A stretch of DNA of 32,000 nt, taken from positions 48,345-80,344 of the forward strand of contig JBBNGO010000006.1 of the NCBI GenBank assembly GCA_040095065.1, in the 5' to 3' direction. The stretch is from Hominicoprocola fusiformis. Its GTDB lineage: Bacteria; Bacillota; Clostridia; Oscillospirales; Oscillospiraceae. A program made the position numbers and the translations under genes. Shown piece after piece: positions 25,274 to 30,388 of this stretch. Numbering within the stretch: the stretch's first letter is position 1; each line of letters opens with the position of its first letter. The notes under the pieces were generated by a model, which was not told where the DNA came from, searched no databases, and saw only the letters and a list, made by a program, of their open reading frames with translations.

Positions 25274-25281
25274 TCTCATAT

Positions 25282-25356
25282 GGCCCGTTGGTCAAGTGGT
25301 TAAGACACGGCCCTTTCACGGCTGTAACATGGGTTCGAATCCCGTACGGGTCACCA
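25282..25356 (+). tRNA. tRNA-Glu (anticodon TTC)
   Basis: 75 nt. GGCCCGUUGGUCAAGUGGUUAAGACACGGCCCUUUCACGGCUGUAACAUGGGUUCGAAUCCCGUACGGGUCACCA is nearly identical to the Firmicute tRNA-Glu pattern. Confidence 0.9.
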
Positions 25357-25360
25357 ACTT

Positions 25361-25437
25361 GGAGGCTTAGCTCAGCTGGTTAGAGCGCCTGCTTCACACG
25401 CAGGAGGTCACTGGTTCGAGTCCAGCAGTCTCCACCA
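25361..25437 (+). tRNA. tRNA-Val (anticodon CAC)
   Basis: 77 nt. Anticodon arm CCUGC-UUCACAC-GCAGG, T-arm CUGGUUCGAGUCCAG, acceptor GGAGGCU/AGUCUCC and an encoded CCA. Confidence 0.9.
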
Positions 25438-25438
25438 C

Positions 25439-25476
25439 AAAAAGTCTTGAATTCCAATGGAATTCAAGACTTTTTT
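25439..25476 (+). terminator. Rho-independent terminator after tRNA-Val
   Basis: GTCTTGAATTCC-AAT-GGAATTCAAGAC followed by TTTTTT. The sequence already has island-like AT-rich composition. Confidence 0.8.
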
Positions 25477-25502
25477 GTATTTTTCAGAGAACTTTTCAGA
25501 AG

Positions 25503-25537
25503 TCGCACAACAAAAAGCGCACAAAAAAGCGCACAAC
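25503..25537 (+). repeat. Three direct repeats (T/G)CGCACAA(C/A) upstream of int
   Basis: TCGCACAAC at 25503, GCGCACAAA at 25517 and GCGCACAAC at 25529 (spacing 14 and 12 nt), between the att-proximal end and the int RBS. Confidence 0.5.
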
Positions 25538-25580
25538 TTGTCTCAAAGCCGCAAAACAGCTGCGTAAGGAGTGTTTTGAA

Positions 25581-26807
25581 ATGGCAAACATCAGAGAGAA
25601 CAAGAAGAACGGGAAAACAGTATCGTACCGCTTCACAGTTTGTTTAGAACGTGATGCTCGGGGCAAGCAAGTGCGGAAGTACACAACATGGATGCCCCCA
25701 GAGGGATTGACCCCCGCCAAGGCCAAGAGAGCAGCAGAACACGCAGCGGAAGAGTGGGAGCAGGAAGCGCGCGCCGAATACCAAAAAGAGCAAAATGCGA
25801 TTGAACAAGGGCTTGTATATCAGCTTCCGCCCGAAAAGCGCAAAGACGATTTTGTCAGTTTCATTGAAAACACATGGTTGCCGCTGCAAATCCGCGGAGG
25901 AGATAACAAGCCCTCTACCATTGCTTACTATGAGTATGTCTCGCAGAATATCAAAGAGTATTTCGCGGGAACAATTTTGCAGAATATTAGTCCAGCCTGC
26001 ATCCAAAAGTATCTAATCTATCTCCGCAACGACTTCAAAAGTAAAGCTGGAAAACCACTATCCGCTGAAACGCTTCACCACCATTACAGGGTGTTAAACA
26101 TGATGTTTGCTTACGCGGAACGATTGGAATTGATTTCAAAAAATCCCATGAGCAAAGTCGACGCGCCCCGCAGAGAACGCAAGCCAGTAGAGGCAATGAA
26201 TAAAGAGCAGGCCGCAAAATTCTTTCAACTGTTGGACGCCTGTCCCCTTGATTTCCGCTGTATGCTCCATCTGATGATGACAACAGGAGTCCGCCGCGGT
26301 GAGTGCATCGGACTAAAGTGGAGTGACCTTGACGAAAAAGCAGGCACCATTACCATTTGCAGAAATGTGACCTACACCCCAGAAAGCGGTACTATCGTCA
26401 GCACTCCTAAAACATCCAACAGTATGAGAACTATCCCTATCATGCCAAGCACTTTACAGCTGCTTCAAACCCTCAAAAAACAGACAAGCAGTAAACACCC
26501 CGACACCCATTTGCGCGGCGCGTTCATCTTTCCCTCTGAAAACAGTCTGTACGAGCCTCGCAATCCAGATTCAGTGACAAGACGCGTCAAGCGTTTTATG
26601 AAGAATAATGGTTTTCCAGACCTCTCGCCCCATGATCTGCGGCACTCCTGCGCAACGCTGTTGCTTTCCCAAGGTGCAGACATTAAAAGCGTACAGGAGA
26701 TTTTAGGTCACGCAGATGCAAGTACAACGCTGAATTTCTACGTAAAGTCTGACTTGCAGCAGATGAAGTCCGCAACGGAAAAGTACGCCGCCGCATTTAA
26801 TCTCTGA
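25581..26807 (+). CDS. int: Tyrosine-type site-specific integrase
   Basis: 408 aa. N-terminal SAM-like/arm-binding region. C-terminal catalytic motifs: TGVRRGE (Arg), HDLRHSCATLLL (HxxR) and LGHADASTTLNFYV (His..Tyr). TAAGGAG RBS. Confidence 0.9.
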   Translation: MANIRENKKNGKTVSYRFTVCLERDARGKQVRKYTTWMPPEGLTPAKAKRAAEHAAEEWEQEARAEYQKEQNAIEQGLVYQLPPEKRKDDFVSFIENTWLPLQIRGGDNKPSTIAYYEYVSQNIKEYFAGTILQNISPACIQKYLIYLRNDFKSKAGKPLSAETLHHHYRVLNMMFAYAERLELISKNPMSKVDAPRRERKPVEAMNKEQAAKFFQLLDACPLDFRCMLHLMMTTGVRRGECIGLKWSDLDEKAGTITICRNVTYTPESGTIVSTPKTSNSMRTIPIMPSTLQLLQTLKKQTSSKHPDTHLRGAFIFPSENSLYEPRNPDSVTRRVKRFMKNNGFPDLSPHDLRHSCATLLLSQGADIKSVQEILGHADASTTLNFYVKSDLQQMKSATEKYAAAFNL

Positions 26808-26843
26808 AATTCAAAGGGTAGTCAACAAAACCACATAAAGCAG

Positions 26844-26883
26844 GAGAACGGGGAATCCGCACAAAAGCGGATTCCCCGTTCTC
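26844..26883. terminator. Bidirectional terminator between convergent int and the 92-aa gene
   Basis: Perfect 17-bp stem GAGAACGGGGAATCCGC / GCGGATTCCCCGTTCTC with an ACAAAA loop. Confidence 0.75.
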
Positions 26884-26909
26884 TCTAATAGTCCAATATA
26901 TAATTTCTT

Positions 26910-27188
26910 TCAGCAGGAAACAGAGAAGCGGCGGGAGCTGACGGGCTTTGTGAAATCCTTGTAGAGATCGGCATAGAGCCGCTTGAAGGTGGTGCTGTCA
27001 AAACGATTGGAAATGATGCTTGTGTAGCGGACGATGTACGCCCCCGCGCTCAGTTCCTCCGTATTCTGACGTACCATTTCTTCTTTGATGGCCTCGCGGA
27101 TAGCGTCGGCCTTGGCTTTTGCCTTGGAGGCAAGATCGTCGTAGTTGTTCATCGTCTCAATCAGGGAAATCATTTCGTTCTTGCTCAT
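26910..27188 (-). CDS. Hypothetical small coiled-coil protein (92 aa)
   Basis: ATG with an AAAAGGAGA RBS. Charged helical N-half. No motif I can name. Confidence 0.6.
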   Translation of the reverse strand: MSKNEMISLIETMNNYDDLASKAKAKADAIREAIKEEMVRQNTEELSAGAYIVRYTSIISNRFDSTTFKRLYADLYKDFTKPVSSRRFSVSC

Positions 27189-27355
27189 GGTGTTTGTCTC
27201 CTTTTGGATTGTAATTTTACAAGCGGTGGGTGGCCTTAAACATCTATGCCTTTGGCAATCTCATTCTCTCTTATCCGTTCCCACTCTGATCTTGCGTTCT
27301 TGGTTCAGCTCTCGCTTACTTCGTCCGCCTTGGCTTGCTCTCTCGATCTGCTTAT

Positions 27356-27467
27356 ATAATACTACGAAATTCGTAATTTGTCAACACTATTTTCGTAATT
27401 ATTTTTACGGAAACCGGAAAATATTTTCTGTTTTCGTATTGACATACTACGCTTTTCGTAGTATGAT
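27356..27467. promoter_or_regulatory. Back-to-back divergent promoters with phased TTCGTA/TACGAA operator half-sites (genetic-switch region)
   Basis: Leftward promoter: TTGACA (complement of 27379-27384), 17 nt, TATTAT (complement of 27356-27361), with the palindrome TACGAAATTCGTA (27363-27375) in its spacer. Rightward promoter: TTGACA (27439-27444), 17 nt, TATGAT (27462-27467), with the palindrome TACTACG-N5-CGTAGTA (27445-27463) in its spacer. TTCGTA occurs at 27371, 27392, 27433 and 27455. Confidence 0.6.
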
Positions 27468-27492
27468 GTATGCGTGGAAAAGGAGGCGCGCA

Positions 27493-27702
27493 ATGATAAA
27501 ATTCAAGGTCAAGGTCATGCTTGCCATGCGGGACATGACACAGAAGGAATTAGCGGAGCGGACGGGTATCAGGCCGCCCACGGTGTCCGCAATCTGCACA
27601 GGCTCGGTCAAGCACCTTCCAGTAGAGGCATTAGATAAGATTTGCGATGTGCTGGACTGCCAGCCCGCCGATCTCATGGAGTTTGTGAAAGACGCGGAAT
27701 GA
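27493..27702 (+). CDS. XRE-family (Cro/CI-type) HTH transcriptional regulator, 69 aa
   Basis: ATG at 27493 with an AGGAGG RBS. M..MTQKELAERTGIRPPTVSAI......K.L..E.LDKIC..L.CQP.DL is the short YozG/Cro-like HTH pattern. Confidence 0.8.
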   Translation: MIKFKVKVMLAMRDMTQKELAERTGIRPPTVSAICTGSVKHLPVEALDKICDVLDCQPADLMEFVKDAE

Positions 27703-27856
27703 CGGGGGCTATATTTCGGGAGAGGCCAAACACAAAGACTCTTTTACAAAAAGGCGTGGGCGACACTCCCGCGAAATGGCTCTTTCATACCGGAAGACGG
27801 TTTTTGTGTCTGTCTGCGGGCGGAGCACTTTTCCCCGCCCATCGGCAGAAACGAAA

Positions 27857-27936
27857 AAAGCGGTTTTTAAGTCGCACATTTAACAGCCTTTTTCTTCTTC
27901 TATTCGCTGTTAAGTGTTTGACTTAAAAACCGCTTT
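27857..27936. terminator. Very long (about 30 bp, one mismatch/bulge) hairpin acting as a bidirectional terminator
   Basis: AAAGCGGTTTTTAAGTC..ACATTTAACAGC [pyrimidine-rich loop] GCTGTTAAGTGT..GACTTAAAAACCGCTTT. The minus strand follows with TTTTTTCG and the plus strand with GCTTATTT. Confidence 0.65.
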
Positions 27937-27986
27937 GCTTATTTCCAATCCTTGAATATCTTTTTGAGAGATTCATCAACCGTCGC

Positions 27987-28085
27987 CTACATCGTTTTCT
28001 CGATGAAGCGAAACATCTCTGCCTCCATTACGGATTGCTCCCGCTCCTTTTTCTTCTTGCGTTTGCTGTCTGCGTCAATCCTCAC
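27987..28085 (-). CDS. Possible 32-codon ORF, translationally coupled (GTGA overlap) to the upstream gene. It ends at TAG, and the frame stays open 15 more codons to TAA at 27939
   Basis: GTG at 28083-28085 overlaps the TGA of the 63-aa gene, with GAGGTG 8 nt upstream. The peptide is VRIDADSKRKKKKEREQSVMEAEMFRFIEKTM-TAG-ATVDESLKKIFKDWK-TAA. Confidence 0.3.
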   Translation of the reverse strand: MRIDADSKRKKKKEREQSVMEAEMFRFIEKTM

Positions 28086-28273
28086 TTGATCTTCACCTCG
28101 CTTGTAAAGATGATCTGGGGGACGACCTCTTCTTCCTGCTCCTGAATGCGGGAATATATCGCCTCGCGTTGCTCCAACCAATTTGCCTGTGCGGATTGCC
28201 CGTTCAGTTGATACCAATAGCGATTGGGTATCATTCCGCGTGATCTGTAAAGGTTTGTCATATCTACGTTCAT
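28082..28273 (-). CDS. Hypothetical small protein, 63 aa
   Basis: ATG at 28271-28273 with an AAAGGAGA RBS 8 nt upstream (MNVDMTNLYRSRGMIPNRYWYQ...). Preferred over the overlapping 125-aa ORF in another frame. Confidence 0.6.
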   Translation of the reverse strand: MNVDMTNLYRSRGMIPNRYWYQLNGQSAQANWLEQREAIYSRIQEQEEEVVPQIIFTSEVKIK

Positions 28274-28362
28274 AGGGGTATCTCCTTTTAGTTTCATTTT
28301 CATCATTATTGAAACAGTATGCTTTTGGATTGATTCGAATTGCCCGCTGATAGCGCAATAGC

Positions 28363-28394
28363 AAAGGGAGAGCCGCATTTTATGCAGCTCTCCC
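28363..28394 (-). terminator. Rho-independent terminator inside the leftward cluster
   Basis: Minus strand: GGGAGAGCTGCA-TAAAA-TGCGGCTCTCCC followed by TTTGC. Confidence 0.6.
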
Positions 28395-28400
28395 GATTGT

Positions 28401-28586
28401 TTACATTCCTACCTCGAAATCTTCGTCGCAGAAGTCAGTATTCGCATAGTGCTCATAGATTTCTTTGTCTGACACGATTTTGTCTGCATTGGCAAGTTCG
28501 CCCCATGAAATATCGGGCTGCATTTCAGACAGGTACATACCCTTTAAAATTCTAATCTGATGCTTCTTTAATTCAAACACATTCAT
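28401..28586 (-). CDS. Hypothetical small acidic protein, 61 aa
   Basis: ATG with a strong AAAGGAGAA RBS. No recognisable motif. Confidence 0.6.
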   Translation of the reverse strand: MNVFELKKHQIRILKGMYLSEMQPDISWGELANADKIVSDKEIYEHYANTDFCDEDFEVGM

Positions 28587-28667
28587 TGTGATTTCTCCTT
28601 TAAATTTATTTATAATTCTTCACAATTTCTTCTATTGTAATGTGAGTGCGGCGGGATTGGTGGTGAA

Positions 28668-29093
28668 CTATCGCCAGTTTTCCGCCTTTGGAATCTGATA
28701 ATTGAGCGGCGGGAGATGGCGGCGGATGAACTCGCCCTCTTTTTCTCCTATCTCTTCTTCAATCGCGGCGGGCGTCGTGCTGTGAGCGGCATACAGAACG
28801 CAAAAGCGTATGCGATGACCGCGCCGCGAGGCTTCCGCCAGTATTTCATATTTGTGTGCTTTTGGACGGGAAAGCTATGCGTAGTGCTGCGCCATGCGCG
28901 CGAGCATATTGACGCTTTTCCCGATGTAGACAATCCTTCCGTCCAACAGGATAGCGTAAATGCCCGCGCGCTCGAATTGCGGTGCTAACCCTTTGCGCTT
29001 TAAGGATTGATAAATCCGCTGCTCAAAAAACGAAAGGTTCATTGTTGCTTGCCTGTGCGATATCATCCTGCGGATATCTGATACCAAGGTCAT
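28668..29093 (-). pseudogene. GIY-YIG nuclease-domain gene interrupted by one in-frame TAG (28875-28877)
   Basis: The upstream part (..RAGIYAILLDGRIVYIGKSVNMLARMAQHYA) carries GIY, YIG and Arg/His. After the TAG the same frame runs 68 more codons (LSRPKAHKYE...EEEIGEKEGEFIRRHLPPLNYQIPKAENWR) with the expected Glu and Asn, ending at TAG 28668. Possible starts: 29093, 29066 or 29042. Confidence 0.6.
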
Positions 29094-29232
29094 AGTACAG
29101 CAACGCCCAAAGGTTATACGCTTCTTCCATCACAACACCGTAGTCTTGGGAACGCTCTGCAACTGCCTAACTGAACATAATGCGGAAACAATTGACCATT
29201 TCCTCAATGGTCATCTTCTTACTCCTGGTCAT
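29023..29232 (-). CDS. Small ORF with a strong RBS, 21 codons + in-frame TAG (29167-29169) + 47 codons, ending at a TGA that overlaps the next gene's ATG
   Basis: AAGGAGAAAAGAGT-ATG at 29230-29232. MTRSKKMTIEEMVNCFRIMFS-TAG-AVAERSQDYGVVMEEAYNLWALLYYDLGIRYPQDDIAQASNNEPFVF-TGA (29023-29025). The ATG at 29042 of the GIY-YIG frame lies inside its last codons. Confidence 0.35.
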
Positions 29233-29244
29233 ACTCTTTTCTCC

Positions 29245-29745
29245 TTAAAAATAAAATTCAGATGGCGGTGGAGAAACTTGTTTCTCCACGCCCGTATTTT
29301 TTATATTTGTATTATTTATATTTATTTCTATATCCTCGGGCGCTTCCTTTTGAACGGCTTGCGTTTGCTTCTGGACGGCTGCCGTAAAGTCAAAGCCGAC
29401 AGGCGTATTCTCATTGTGTAAACGCGTCTCCCGCTGCGGCGTTTCATAGAAATCATAAGTATTGCCGCTGCCGCGCTGAACAAGATAACCTTTGTCAACG
29501 AGCTTCAAAAATTGGTCGCGGTAGGTGGATGCCGCCATTCCAACCGCCCGACGGATAGCAGCGGGAGATAACGCCAATGTGTATCCGTCCCTATTGGACG
29601 CAAGATAAAGGTACAACATAAGCGCGTGTGCTCCAAGATCGCGTGCCGCCGCTTGCCAATGCTCATTTTTGATGCCGAGGAAGTCCGACGAGGCGTGTTC
29701 GCGGTGAATGGCGACAACTCTTTGATTGGGTACAGTATTCGGCAC
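29245..29745 (-). CDS. Winged-helix DNA-binding protein (replication-initiator/regulator-like N-terminus), about 166 aa
   Basis: ALMLYLYLASNRDGYTLALSPAAIRRAVGMAASTYRDQFLKLVDKGYLV resembles RepA_N/DnaD-like wHTH modules. The preferred start is GTG at 29743-29745, 7 nt after GGGGGAG. The ORF-track start at 29769 is a TTG. Confidence 0.55.
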   Translation of the reverse strand: MPNTVPNQRVVAIHREHASSDFLGIKNEHWQAAARDLGAHALMLYLYLASNRDGYTLALSPAAIRRAVGMAASTYRDQFLKLVDKGYLVQRGSGNTYDFYETPQRETRLHNENTPVGFDFTAAVQKQTQAVQKEAPEDIEININNTNIKNTGVEKQVSPPPSEFYF

Positions 29746-29749
29746 GGCG

Positions 29750-30007
29750 TTACTCCCCCAAACGGTCAAGGGCGCTCTTTAGACCGTCAATTTGCTTGAT
29801 GGCGTCGCCTGTTTCAAATTGGACAGATAGGGCTTTCAGCACGTTATCCGTGACGCGCTGCTCCATGGTGTTCTCATGCTCAATAACCGCTCTGACAAAG
29901 TCACTTGCACGGCACTGCAACTGAAATTTTGTGTCGCTGCTGGGAGTGTCTACATAAATCGTTAGCGCACGAAGAAAAGAATTTGCGCTTACTTCAAGGC
30001 TGCTCAT
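29750..30007 (-). CDS. Hypothetical protein, 85 aa
   Basis: ATG with an AAAGGAG RBS. It is the first gene of the leftward cluster. No motif recognised. Confidence 0.55.
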   Translation of the reverse strand: MSSLEVSANSFLRALTIYVDTPSSDTKFQLQCRASDFVRAVIEHENTMEQRVTDNVLKALSVQFETGDAIKQIDGLKSALDRLGE

Positions 30008-30178
30008 AAGTCAGCTCCTTTCGTTTAATTTTTATTATAAAGTTGAGATTTCTCTCACTTTCTATATATATTATATATTATTTTTTATAAAAAGTCTAAA
30101 AAGGACGGATAATGCAAGCGAAAGAATGAATAACTCTGACAAGTGCCTTGTCACGGGGAAAGCACCCACTCGGAAATA

Positions 30179-30388
30179 ATGGCAAAGCAAACAAGGGTCA
30201 CGCCGGAGGAAATCGTTGAAATGCACCACCTGTACGCCAAGCTCGGTACTTATGCCGCTGTTGGACGGAAGTTGGGCCGTAGCGCTTCAACGGTGGCAAA
30301 GTACGTGAAAATGAAAGGCGTTCCCCAGAATATTCGAATCACAGTGGAGAACCTGACAAGAAAAACAGAAGAGAGTGATATAACATGA
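30179..30388 (+). CDS. Small HTH DNA-binding protein, 69 aa
   Basis: MAKQTRVTPEEIVEMHHLYAKLGTYAAVGRKLGRSASTVAKYVK is an HTH resembling resolvase-type or sigma-70 region 4 domains. The RBS is weak. Its TGA overlaps the ATG of the downstream gene (ATGA). Confidence 0.55.
   Translation: MAKQTRVTPEEIVEMHHLYAKLGTYAAVGRKLGRSASTVAKYVKMKGVPQNIRITVENLTRKTEESDIT

Noticed and set aside
27145-27492. Long 185-aa version of the XRE ORF, and the 94-aa ORF 27642..27926
   Set aside because: The upstream part runs through both mapped promoters and the start of the 92-aa gene. The true start is the ATG at 27493, after AGGAGG. The 94-aa ORF has no RBS and crosses the terminator hairpin.
27987-28364. 125-aa minus-strand ORF
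   Set aside because: Most of it overlaps, in another frame, the 63-aa gene, which has a strong RBS. Only its last 32 codons (from GTG 28085) are kept, as a low-confidence coupled ORF.
28340-29421. Plus-strand ORFs 28340..28555, 28716..28988 and 29146..29421
   Set aside because: They have no RBS and lie antisense to the better-supported leftward genes. One of them spans the TAA/RBS junction of two minus-strand genes.
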